In this document: piece after piece, positions 1 to 8,351 of the stretch
Layout of the letters: every line of letters starts with the position of its first letter
Numbering within the stretch: position 1 is the first letter of the stretch
From: a virus
Lineage: Duplodnaviria > Heunggongvirae > Uroviricota > Caudoviricetes
Virus record (IMG/VR): IMGVR_UViG_2744054854_000009
Direction: 5' to 3' (one strand)
Length of the DNA stretch: 30,480 nt
Made by a program: the position numbers and the translations under genes
Notes under the pieces: generated by a model
Databases searched by the model: none
Told to the model about the DNA's origin: nothing
Seen by the model: the letters and a program-made list of their open reading frames with translations, nothing else

Positions 1-396
1 CTATTGTGCGGCCGATTCTTCTGGGCCGCACAATTTCTCGTAATCTTTTGGCGCCGTTCTATCTAAACCTGTGTAAATTTCTTTCCTCATGATTGAGTAG
101 GTTACACCCTTTGAGAAGGCGCCCTTAGGAACCATATTTATTTCTACCAGGAAGGGAGAAAAACCAGCGTAAGCCCCAAACCCATTTTTTGCATTCAGCT
201 GCCCGCATACGATCCCCTTAACCTCACCATCTTTTGTTTCTTCTGTTTGCACAAAACGCATATACCGAAATTTTGCGCTATCTGGATCTCTTGTATCTGC
301 GGCAACCTCTTTCTGCGCCAGTTCAATAGCCTTATCAACACCAGGCTTACACCCTACAAGCCCGATTAATGCCAGTAAAACCATGGTTTTTCTCAT
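1..396 (-). CDS. putative secreted lipoprotein (131 aa); prophage-border moron or flanking host gene
   Basis: ORF runs to window edge (stop at 1-3). ATG at 396 preceded by GGGGAA SD-like sequence. N-terminus MRKTMVLLALIGLVGC is a signal peptide plus lipobox. The track's upstream start at 462 is a TTG and less likely. Confidence 0.6.
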   Translation of the reverse strand: MRKTMVLLALIGLVGCKPGVDKAIELAQKEVAADTRDPDSAKFRYMRFVQTEETKDGEVKGIVCGQLNAKNGFGAYAGFSPFLVEINMVPKGAFSKGVTYSIMRKEIYTGLDRTAPKDYEKLCGPEESAAQ

Positions 397-429
397 TTTC
401 GTTCCCCACTTCCATTGGTAAGAGCGGTA

Positions 430-458
430 ATTATCATTTTCTGCTGATTGCTTCTCAA
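430..458 (-). promoter_or_regulatory. candidate sigma70 promoter for the lipoprotein gene
   Basis: On minus strand: TTGAGA (458..453), 17-nt spacer, GATAAT (435..430); lies between the ogr terminator hairpin and the lipoprotein RBS. Confidence 0.4.
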
Positions 459-460
459 GC

Positions 461-486
461 AAAACCCCGCAAATGCGGGGTTTTCT
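461..486. terminator. bidirectional intrinsic terminator after ogr
   Basis: Hairpin CCCCGC-aaat-GCGGGG (465-480) flanked by AAAA (461-464) and TTTT (481-484); immediately follows the ogr stop codon (487-489). Confidence 0.55.
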
Positions 487-735
487 TCATACTGCGAGAC
501 TGAGTTGACTGCTTCCATAATGCGAAGCGGGGAAAGCATCTGATGGGATGAAATCAGCCGGTAACTTATCGCGTGGTGCGCGTTTGGTTACCAGCTTCTC
601 AACGCTGTTGAGCGTAGTAAACGTAATACTGCATTCGAAATTCTGGCACTGGTGATAATGCCGGACTGTCATTTCACTAAGATGGCGACTGGTGCGCGTA
701 CGGGCGACGGCACCACAAACAGGACACTTAAACAT
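487..735 (-). CDS. ogr: Ogr/Delta-family zinc-finger late gene transcriptional activator
   Basis: 82 aa; MFKCPVCG...RHYHQCQNFECSITFTT has the Ogr CxxC...CxxxxC zinc finger and the conserved YHQCQN motif; GGGAGG SD 7 nt before ATG; sits after D as in P2. Confidence 0.9.
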   Translation of the reverse strand: MFKCPVCGAVARTRTSRHLSEMTVRHYHQCQNFECSITFTTLNSVEKLVTKRAPRDKLPADFIPSDAFPASHYGSSQLSLAV

Positions 736-780
736 AATGGCCTCCCATGGCGGGAGTTGAACTCGCTCATATTATGGCCG

Positions 781-1935
781 CTATGATTCGGTTTCTGCAA
801 TCCATTCAGGTATTTTTGCTTCCAGTTCCAGCCGCGTTTTAAATCCACTGCTGTCAATAGTGTGGCTTGCCTTGGCAATTATCCAGTCCTGGCCGTCAAT
901 GACGTCTTTGAATTCCGTTACCGTTCCGTGCATCTCCGGATACAGATCCGCGCGCCCGTAAGCCAGGGTTAAAGTGAACTCAGCTGCTCCTCGCTGGAGT
1001 TGTTGCCATTTTGCAGCTGCTGCACGTTGTGCGGCCATCTCACTGCTGTACGTAGTGCGGAGTACAAAAACGTTACCATCTTCACCGGCAATATAGTCCC
1101 CTTCCCGGCTGCTGCTACGCGGCTTTTTGTCTGCGGTTTTCTTCCGTTTTTTAACAGTGACCTTTTTCTTTTTTCCGAAATCCATATCAAGCCAGTACGC
1201 CTGCACGCCAGTGTATGCGTCACGATCTGCAATCCGGAAAGAATGTCGATCTCCGCTGCTGCGCGTGATGGAAAACTCCGGTAACGCTCTGCCGTTTGCA
1301 CTGACGCCACCACCAGGCAGGATGAACAGCAGGTAACCATTTTTCACAGTTGCAATAGCGCCCAGCATTTCCGCCATGCGCGTCAGAAACGACATGTCAC
1401 TTTCTTGTGTCTGATCTGCATGGTCGATCTCGGCGGACATCAGTTGCTCTGAGATGAGAGGTTTTAACTTGTACCGGTGAGCTATAGCAGAGACGATGCG
1501 CTCAACTGTAACGTCATGCCACGACACCTCCCGTTTGACGTTAAACTCATCGCGGAAATCTGCACTTCTGGCCGTGATCTCGATACGGTCCGGCGGCCCT
1601 GAGTGCGCAATTTCATCCACGATGAAAATCCCTTTGTGAACCAGTTTTTCTCCCTGCCAGCCTATCGCTACTGACAATTCTGCACCACGCGGGGGTAACT
1701 CAATATCTCCCTGGCTATCATCAACAGTGATGGTCAGCTCATCAGCATTAAAGCCCCTGTTATCTGTTAATTCTAATGAGACCAGGTTCCCATCCAGCAT
1801 GATCAACGCCTTGCCGCCAAGCATGACGTTAAACGCAGGTACACGTGACAGGTCGCCCGGATAATTTTTGAATTTCTCAGCACCCGCATTCAGCAGGCTT
1901 TTTGCGCTCTCTATTGCGTCAGTTGTCAGTGCCAT
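781..1935 (-). CDS. D: tail protein D (late control gene D family)
   Basis: Long ORF with gpD-like sequence and internal Lys-rich stretch. Start chosen at ATG 1935 (MALTTD) with GAGGAG SD, giving 384 aa against about 387 aa for P2 gpD; track ORF extends to 2016. Confidence 0.85.
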   Translation of the reverse strand: MALTTDAIESAKSLLNAGAEKFKNYPGDLSRVPAFNVMLGGKALIMLDGNLVSLELTDNRGFNADELTITVDDSQGDIELPPRGAELSVAIGWQGEKLVHKGIFIVDEIAHSGPPDRIEITARSADFRDEFNVKREVSWHDVTVERIVSAIAHRYKLKPLISEQLMSAEIDHADQTQESDMSFLTRMAEMLGAIATVKNGYLLFILPGGGVSANGRALPEFSITRSSGDRHSFRIADRDAYTGVQAYWLDMDFGKKKKVTVKKRKKTADKKPRSSSREGDYIAGEDGNVFVLRTTYSSEMAAQRAAAAKWQQLQRGAAEFTLTLAYGRADLYPEMHGTVTEFKDVIDGQDWIIAKASHTIDSSGFKTRLELEAKIPEWIAETES

Positions 1936-1993
1936 CGCTTTCTCCTCACGCAAATATTTCCATGCGCGCGCGATAGGACAAACAGCCTTTTGT

Positions 1994-2011
1994 TGTCGCC
2001 TTTCTGTGACA
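1994..2011. promoter_or_regulatory. Ogr-type late promoter activator box (TGT-N12-ACA) between divergent D and FI
   Basis: tgt-cgcctttctgtg-aca read directly; centre about 55 nt upstream of plausible start sites for both FI (plus; GAATAT -10-like at 2046-2051) and D (minus; AAATAT-like around 1954-1959). Confidence 0.5.
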
Positions 2012-2086
2012 TCCATCGTGACGTGTCTGCCGCCCGGAATTCAGCGAATATCACCATGAACTCACTAAACATGATGGCGGTAGAGT

Positions 2087-3268
2087 ATGACCGACAACTT
2101 TTTCCACGGATCACGCACCAAAGAAAACACCGACCTTCTGGCCGCGATCAATGACATTGATTCAACGGTCATTGGTCTGGTCGCGGTGGCCGATGATGCC
2201 GATCCCCTCACCTTTCCACTTGATACACCAGTCCTGATCACTCGCGTGATTAGCGTGCTGGGTAAGGCAGGCAAGACAGGCTCACTGTATAAATCTCTCA
2301 AGGCTATTTCCGACCAGGTCAGCACGCGCGTCATTGTTGTTCGTGTCGCTGAGGCCAAAGAGGGTGAAGATGAAAAAACACAATCTCAGCTCATTATCGG
2401 TGGCACTCAGGCTGACGGAAGCTATACCGGTATGTTTGCCCTGCTGACCGCAGAGCAGAAAACGGGTTATCGCCCTCGAATCCTCGGCATTCCGATGTAT
2501 GACACGCAGGAAGTAACCGCACAGCTGCGCGTAATTGCGAAGCAACTGCGTGCGTTCTCTTACAGCTATTGTGATGGCTGCGAGACTATTGCCGAAGCGA
2601 AGACCTACCGCGAGCAGTTCGCCGAACGTGAAGGGATGTTAATTTGGCCTAACTTCATCGCCTACAACCCGCAGACCGGCGTTAATGAAGAATTCCCGGC
2701 TGTTGCCTATGCGCTTGGCCTGCGGGCACTGATTGATAATGAGCAGGGCTGGCACAAATCACTTTCTAACGTTGCGGTGAAAAACGTCCTGGGTATCTCT
2801 AAAGACGTGTTCTGGGCGTTACAGGCGGAGGACTCCGACGCTAATGAGCTGAACGCTAACGAGATTACCACGCTGATCAAACGCGATGGCTTCCGGTTCT
2901 GGGGTAACCGTACCACCGACACCGAAGAGTATATTTTCGAGGTGTTCACCCGGACGGCCCAAATTCTTGCGGACAGCATTGCGGAAGCACAATTCACCAC
3001 CGTGGATAAACCGCTTACCCCGGCTAACGTCAAAGACGTTGTAAGCGGGATCAATGCCAAGCTTCAGGCGCTGGTCACTGCTGGCAAGCTGATTGGTGCA
3101 GCGTGCTGGTTTGATATTGTCGACAACCCGACCACTGGTATTCGCCAGGGTAAAGTTGTTATTCGCTACAACTACAGTCCCGTACCACCGCTGGAAAACC
3201 TGACGCTGATCCAGACGTTTACCGATCAGTATTACGAACCAGCCTTTGCATCGCTGGGAGGTGCATAA
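2087..3268 (+). CDS. FI: contractile tail sheath protein
   Basis: 393 aa; strong collinear similarity to P2 gpFI as recalled (e.g. LIKRDGFRFWGNRT, PVPPLENLTLIQ). Confidence 0.95.
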   Translation: MTDNFFHGSRTKENTDLLAAINDIDSTVIGLVAVADDADPLTFPLDTPVLITRVISVLGKAGKTGSLYKSLKAISDQVSTRVIVVRVAEAKEGEDEKTQSQLIIGGTQADGSYTGMFALLTAEQKTGYRPRILGIPMYDTQEVTAQLRVIAKQLRAFSYSYCDGCETIAEAKTYREQFAEREGMLIWPNFIAYNPQTGVNEEFPAVAYALGLRALIDNEQGWHKSLSNVAVKNVLGISKDVFWALQAEDSDANELNANEITTLIKRDGFRFWGNRTTDTEEYIFEVFTRTAQILADSIAEAQFTTVDKPLTPANVKDVVSGINAKLQALVTAGKLIGAACWFDIVDNPTTGIRQGKVVIRYNYSPVPPLENLTLIQTFTDQYYEPAFASLGGA

Positions 3269-3784
3269 ATGGCTATTCCTAAGAAACTCCGCCTGTTCAC
3301 GATGTTTGTCGATGGCGACAACTACATCGGGAAAATACCCAGCGTCACGCTCCCGAAAATCACCCGTAAAACGGAAGATTACCAGGGTGGCGGTATGCTT
3401 GGCTCTGCTGCTGTTGATCTCGGCCTTGATTCAGGTGCACTGGATGCATCAATGATTGTTGGTGGCATGGTCGAGGAGCTGATCCTGAAATGGGGTGGGG
3501 ATATTGACGAACTACGCACGCGCTTTGTCGGTGAGATCTACAGCGGCGGTACAAGCTCCCTGCTTGAGGTCGAGATGCGCGGACGTATTACCGAAGTCGA
3601 CCAGGGCGAAGCCAAGCAAGGTGATGACACCAATCATACTTATGCGCTCAAAAATACGTATTACAAGCTGTCCGTGGATGACAAACCTCTGCTGGAAATC
3701 GACCTGCTGAACTTCATCTACAAGCGCAACGGTAAGAGCCTCTACCCGGATCGCATTGCGTCCGCTCTGGGCCTCGGCCAGTAA
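3269..3784 (+). CDS. FII: tail tube protein
   Basis: 171 aa; MAIPKKLRLFTMFVDG... resembles P2 gpFII; GGGAGG SD; start abuts FI stop. Confidence 0.95.
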   Translation: MAIPKKLRLFTMFVDGDNYIGKIPSVTLPKITRKTEDYQGGGMLGSAAVDLGLDSGALDASMIVGGMVEELILKWGGDIDELRTRFVGEIYSGGTSSLLEVEMRGRITEVDQGEAKQGDDTNHTYALKNTYYKLSVDDKPLLEIDLLNFIYKRNGKSLYPDRIASALGLGQ

Positions 3785-3805
3785 CCTTTTTTAACCACTA
3801 CAAAT

Positions 3806-3824
3806 GGCGGCCAGTCTGGCCGCC
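3806..3824 (+). other. perfect stem-loop between FII and E (possible attenuator or RNA processing element)
   Basis: GGCGGCCA-gtc-TGGCCGCC, 8-bp stem and 3-nt loop, no trailing U-run. Confidence 0.3.
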
Positions 3825-3837
3825 CGGAGAAAGAATA

Positions 3838-4137
3838 ATGTCAGTAACTCTCAGCCAACCCATTAAACGCGGCGATCAGGAAATCAAATCCGTCTCAATC
3901 ACCGACACAATCAAGCAGGCTGGCTCACTGCGCGGGCTGCGTCTGGTTGATGTTCTCAACTTCGATTATGACGCGGTATCAACTCTGCTGACTCGCGTAA
4001 CCACGCCCCAGCTGACAACTGCCGATATTTCCTCAATGGCGACCGGCGACTTTACGGCCCTGTGCGAAGAAATCACGCCTTTTTTGACGAAAGCGGCGCC
4101 GTCCGCACCGAGCGAGGCGGCAACGGCGAGCAAGTAA
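3838..4137 (+). CDS. E: tail assembly chaperone E
   Basis: 99 aa ORF directly after tail tube, GGAGAAAG SD; position and size as P2 gpE; contains slippery TTTTTTG near its 3' end. Confidence 0.85.
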   Translation: MSVTLSQPIKRGDQEIKSVSITDTIKQAGSLRGLRLVDVLNFDYDAVSTLLTRVTTPQLTTADISSMATGDFTALCEEITPFLTKAAPSAPSEAATASK

Positions 4138-4310
4138 GAGAGGCAGTATTCAGCGATGTCGACGATCTGATCGCCGATATCGCTGTGATATTTCACTGGC
4201 CGCCCTCCGAAATGCACAGCATGGAGTTGCGCGAGCTGATGGCCTGGCGCGAACGGGCGGCCATCAGAAGCGGCAACCATGATAAGGAGGATGACGACGA
4301 TGGATCTTAG
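3838..4310 (+). CDS. E': tail assembly chaperone E+E' made by programmed -1 ribosomal frameshift
   Basis: Slippery heptamer T-TTT-TTG at 4080-4086 in E frame; the -1 frame is open from there to TAG at 4308-4310 (track ORF 4062..4310), overlapping the T start; mirrors the P2 E/E' (lambda G/GT-like) arrangement. Confidence 0.75.
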
Positions 4311-7239
4311 TATTCGCGTTGCGTTCAGTGCAATTGACAAGCTCACCCGCCCGGTCAGCGCCGCCAGTAAAGCTATTGGCGGCCTTTCCGACTCCCTCAA
4401 AAAAACTCAGTCCTCCATCAAAGACCTGGAAAAAAGCGCAACATCATTTGATAAGTTACGCTCGCAAGCCAATGACACTGCGCAGAAGCTGAAAAGCACC
4501 CAGCGGGCATTTAACGGTCTAAACCAGAAGCAACGTGAAGGCGGCCAGCTTACTGAAGCCCAGACGGCACGGCTTGAGTCACTTCGCACCAGGCTTTCCC
4601 GGCTGACGGAAACCTACGGCAGGCAAACGACGCAGCTGCGCACAGCAGCGCAGGCTGTGCGCCAGCATGGCGTTAATCTCACCACCGGTAGCGGCGCCAT
4701 CCAGAGTGCCATCAGGCGTACGGAACAATACAACCAGGCACTTGAGCGCGAACGTCGTCAGCTGGCTGCTACCCAGAAAGCCCAGGCCAGATACGAACAG
4801 GCAAAAGAGACTGCGGGTAAACTTCGCGGTGCAGGCATGGGGATGATGCTTGGCACTGCTGCTGCGGGCTACGCTGGCGGATCATTCCTTGCGCCTGCGA
4901 TTGGTTTCGACGAGGAAATGTCACGCGTCCAGGCCTTAACCCGCCTTAATAAAGACTCTTCCCAGATGGGAGATCTGCGCGCGCAGGCTAAAAAACTCGG
5001 TGCAGAAACTGCATTCACCTCTCGCGATGCAGCCAGCGGGCAGGCGTTTCTTGCAATGGCTGGCTTTACTCCAGAGGCCATTCAGGCGGCATTGCCCGGC
5101 GTTCTGAATATGGCGCTGGCCGGTGGCATGGATCTTGGTGAAAGTGCCGATATCAGCTCCAACATTCTTTCGCAGTTCCGCCTTGATCCAAAGGAAATGG
5201 ATCGGGTCAGTGATGTTTTGACCGCAGCATTTACCCGTACTAACACCGATTTAATGAACATCGGTGAGGCGATGAAGTATGCAGGAACCGGGATGGCTGG
5301 TCTTGGCGTTGATGTTGAGCGCACAACCGCCATGATCGGTGTAATGGCCAACGTTGGCCTGCGGGGTAGTATTGCAGGTACTGGCCTACAAACCACCTTT
5401 TCACGTCTGGCCGCACCAACAGGCAAGGCTCAGGCAGCCCTGAAAGAATTGGGCGTTTCTGTTGCTGATGCCACCGGAAAAATGCGACCGGCCGAAGTGG
5501 TCTTGTCTGATATTTATAAATCTATCAAAAAGTACGGCGATACAGACCAGCTTTCATTCTTCAAAGATATCGCTGGCGAGGAGGCAGCAAAGTCATTTCA
5601 GGCGCTGGTTAGATCGGCTGGTAGCGGTGAGCTGCAAAAACTCCTTGCCGATTTGCGCGGCTCTCATGGTGAAGCGCAGAAGGCAGCGAAGGTCATGGCT
5701 GACAACCTCAGCGGTGATCTGAAAAACCTGGACAGCGCATGGGAGGGTTTCCGCATTCAGATTGAGGAGACTGCCGACGGCCCTCTGCGCTCTCTCACTC
5801 AGGGGCTTAGCGATATGATCACCGCCGCCAGTACCTGGGTAAAAGAAAACCCCCGACTGACACAAACAATCATTCTGGTTGTCGGTGGGACACTTGCACT
5901 GGTGGCGGCAATTGGCGCTGCATCACTGGCGATGGGTATTCTTATTGGCCCCCTCGCCAAACTTCAGCTCGGCTTTTCACTGCTGACCGGTGGTCGCGGG
6001 CTACTCGGCACCATTGCAGCTTTTCGCACTCTCGGCACTGTCGCGGGCCCGGCCATGGCAAGTGTCAGAGGATGGTCCGTCGTACTGTCAGGAATCGCCC
6101 CTAACCTGGGAAGAATTTCAGCTATTCTCCCTGCGGTTCGCTCTGGTCTGCTTACTGCATTCCTGTCTCCTGGCGCACTTGTGGGATCGCTGACTAAAAA
6201 CATTGGCATGCTGCTGCTTCGCCTCACTGGCTTACCAGCAATCTGGGGCATGATCACCGGTGCGATATCTGTTCTTGGTGGGGCTTTATCTTTTTTACTC
6301 AGTCCAATAGGCCTGATTGGTGCCGCGTTTGTATCTGCGGGATTGCTAATCTGGCGATACTGGGAACCCATTAAGACATTTTTCCTCGGTATGTTTACCG
6401 GAGTTATGCAGGCGATCTCCCCTCTCAGGGATGCCTTTGCCACCTTTTTCCCCATCTTTGACATGATCAGCAATGGGGTGAAATCCGTCTGGCAGTGGTT
6501 TACAAACCTTTTGTCGCCAATGCAGACCAGCAAAGAGACGCTTGATAAATGCGCGAGCGCTGGCGTGATCTTCGGTAACGTGCTCGGCGGTGCGATTAAT
6601 CTCGTCCTGACCCCAGCCAGGATGCTACTTGATACTCTGGGCTGGATACTTGAAAAACTTGGTGTACTACCTGATGAAGCAGAGAGGGCGCGCAAGAAAA
6701 TTGAGGATGCGCAACGCTCTGCCCTCCTTCAGGATAAGGTGGCTTTCCTTGCCGGTGATATGGCTAAAGTCGCCCCCAAAAAAGCAGAGTCGCCAGTTAC
6801 TACTGCTGCACCCGCTGCGGCCTCGCCGCTATCAGGAAATACCGGTACGCAACGACGCCTGCAAAGCATCGCAGACAATACAAAAGCAACCGCTGACAAC
6901 ACCAAGAAAGTCGGGCCGGGTGACATTATTTTCAAAAACCTGCCGCGCGCTCTGGCTTTACGTGGCGCATACCAGGAAGCGCGTGTTACACCGCAGTCAG
7001 TGCCGCGAGTGGCAACGCCCGCCGCTGGCGGCATTATTTCCGCGACAGCAGCCACTCAGGCACCGGTATCGGCCCCCGTTACCGCGCCCACCGGCAATGC
7101 TCCAGTGTTTAACATTACCTTTAACGATGTTGGTAAGCGCACGGATCAGGAGCTGGAAAGAATGGTACGCAATGTTGTGCGTGATGCGATGGCCAGTACC
7201 AACAGAAATAACCGTGGTTCTTTCCGCGACAGAGATTAG
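4300..7239 (+). CDS. T: tail tape measure protein
   Basis: About 979 aa with coiled-coil-like N-terminal part, hydrophobic/Gly-rich central segments and low-complexity C-terminus; follows E/E'. Start chosen at ATG 4300 (AAGGAGG SD 9 nt upstream); track start 4279. Confidence 0.9.
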   Translation: MDLSIRVAFSAIDKLTRPVSAASKAIGGLSDSLKKTQSSIKDLEKSATSFDKLRSQANDTAQKLKSTQRAFNGLNQKQREGGQLTEAQTARLESLRTRLSRLTETYGRQTTQLRTAAQAVRQHGVNLTTGSGAIQSAIRRTEQYNQALERERRQLAATQKAQARYEQAKETAGKLRGAGMGMMLGTAAAGYAGGSFLAPAIGFDEEMSRVQALTRLNKDSSQMGDLRAQAKKLGAETAFTSRDAASGQAFLAMAGFTPEAIQAALPGVLNMALAGGMDLGESADISSNILSQFRLDPKEMDRVSDVLTAAFTRTNTDLMNIGEAMKYAGTGMAGLGVDVERTTAMIGVMANVGLRGSIAGTGLQTTFSRLAAPTGKAQAALKELGVSVADATGKMRPAEVVLSDIYKSIKKYGDTDQLSFFKDIAGEEAAKSFQALVRSAGSGELQKLLADLRGSHGEAQKAAKVMADNLSGDLKNLDSAWEGFRIQIEETADGPLRSLTQGLSDMITAASTWVKENPRLTQTIILVVGGTLALVAAIGAASLAMGILIGPLAKLQLGFSLLTGGRGLLGTIAAFRTLGTVAGPAMASVRGWSVVLSGIAPNLGRISAILPAVRSGLLTAFLSPGALVGSLTKNIGMLLLRLTGLPAIWGMITGAISVLGGALSFLLSPIGLIGAAFVSAGLLIWRYWEPIKTFFLGMFTGVMQAISPLRDAFATFFPIFDMISNGVKSVWQWFTNLLSPMQTSKETLDKCASAGVIFGNVLGGAINLVLTPARMLLDTLGWILEKLGVLPDEAERARKKIEDAQRSALLQDKVAFLAGDMAKVAPKKAESPVTTAAPAAASPLSGNTGTQRRLQSIADNTKATADNTKKVGPGDIIFKNLPRALALRGAYQEARVTPQSVPRVATPAAGGIISATAATQAPVSAPVTAPTGNAPVFNITFNDVGKRTDQELERMVRNVVRDAMASTNRNNRGSFRDRD

Positions 7240-7248
7240 GTGACGATT

Positions 7249-7737
7249 ATGATGATGGTTTTTGGAATGTTCGTTTTTATGCTGCGCACCACGCCCTACC
7301 AGCAACTCCAGCACTCGCAGGAGTGGAGGCACGTTAAAAACGAGCGCGTTAACCAGTCAGCAGGCTGGCAGTACATCGGCACTGGTGATGACAACATAAC
7401 CCTTTCAGGTGTTCTTTACCCGGAGATCACGGGGGGAAACCTCTCGCTATCCGCCCTTGAAACTATCGGCTATGCGGGGCGCCCATGGCCGCTTATTGAG
7501 GGTACGGGACGTATTTATGGTATGTACGTTTTAACACGGCTGGAGCGAGGTAAATCCGAATTCGATCAATTTGGGAATCCCAAAAAAATTGAATTTACCC
7601 TCAGCCTGAGCCGTGTCGACGCGGATTACAGGGAGAAGCTGCAAAGCTCGACCGTCAGCGACGCCCTTGCCGGGTTAAAGACGAGTGCAAATAATGCGAT
7701 AAACCAGGTGAAAGACTCGCTCAACGGTCTGTTTTAG
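7249..7737 (+). CDS. U: tail protein U
   Basis: MMMVFGMFVF...LSGVLYPEITGG... matches P2 gpU as recalled (MMMVLGLFVF...); ATG 7249 with AGGTGA SD; track's GTG start at 7240 overlaps T stop. Confidence 0.9.
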   Translation: MMMVFGMFVFMLRTTPYQQLQHSQEWRHVKNERVNQSAGWQYIGTGDDNITLSGVLYPEITGGNLSLSALETIGYAGRPWPLIEGTGRIYGMYVLTRLERGKSEFDQFGNPKKIEFTLSLSRVDADYREKLQSSTVSDALAGLKTSANNAINQVKDSLNGLF

Positions 7738-7744
7738 CAGTGGC

Positions 7745-8313
7745 TTAAACCCCTTCATGTTCCCTTCTTCTTGAAGGGAACTTCTTGTAAAGCGTCGATA
7801 TTCCGACATCAAAAATAATAGCCACCTGCTGCCGTTTTTCCCCTGCGGCGATCAGCCTTCCCGCCTGTTCCCATTGCTGCTTTGTCAGTTTTGGCCGCCT
7901 CCCGCCTATTCTTCCTTCTGCGCGGGCAGCCGCCAAACCGGCGCGGGTACGCTCAACGATCAATTCTCTCTCCATTTCTGCCAGCGCCCCCATGACGTGA
8001 AAGAAAAAGCGCCCATGGGTGTTGAGGTATCAATGCTGTCTGTCAGGCTGCGGAAGTTAACACCGCGATTGCGTAGCTCTTCGATCATTGTCACCAGGTG
8101 GCGCATGCTCCGCCCAAGACGATCAAGCTTCCAGACAACCAGCGTATCACCCTCCGATAAGGTCCGTAATAAACGCTTAAGCCCCGGCCTTTCCGCTTTA
8201 GTGCCGCTTATTTTGTCTTCAAATATTTGTTCACATCCTGCGCTTACCAGCGCATTTCTTTGCAGCGCAGTGTTCTGGTCATTTGTTGACACCCTTACAT
8301 AGCCGATCAGCAT
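7745..8313 (-). pseudogene. Hin/Gin/Cin-family serine DNA invertase, reading frame broken by a 1-nt loss in a homopolymer
   Basis: N-terminal ORF (7960..8313) has the catalytic serine motif GYVRVSTNDQ; C-terminal ORF (7745..7993) has the HTH part MGALAEMERELIVERT...GRRPKLT. Frames meet at an A5 tract (8004-8008, T5 on coding strand); one more T would restore the conserved ...GAFFFHVMGALAEMEREL... read-through. Confidence 0.8.
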
Positions 8314-8351
8314 AAAAATCCCCTTTTATTTAGATGTCATAGTCCCTCGCA

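Noticed and set aside
969-1340. ORFs of 69-123 aa (969..1340 minus, 1000..1284 plus, 1127..1336 plus) inside the D gene region
   Set aside because: Lie within or antisense to the well-supported D coding sequence, with no RBS or recognisable product; typical shadow ORFs.
1936-2086. Possible invertase crossover site at the D/FI inversion junction (ACAAACAG-CC-TTTTGTTGT around 1973-1992)
   Set aside because: Only a weak match to the Hin/Gin consensus and no partner at the other junction, so site-specific inversion of the tail block is not supported.
4062-4310. 82-aa ORF overlapping the end of E, taken as an independent gene
   Set aside because: Better explained as the -1 frame (E') reached by frameshifting at TTTTTTG (4080-4086); it has no RBS of its own.
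5964-7243. Long ORFs antisense to or out of frame with the tape measure gene (5964..6695 minus 243 aa; 6629..7243 plus 204 aa; 6729..7055 and 6997..7332 minus)
   Set aside because: Embedded in the T coding region, Pro/Arg/Ser-rich as expected from GC-rich alternative frames; no start signals.
7762-7778. Hairpin CCCTTC-ttctt-GAAGGG just downstream of U, as a terminator
   Set aside because: Lies inside the invertase C-terminal coding sequence and has no U-run on either strand.
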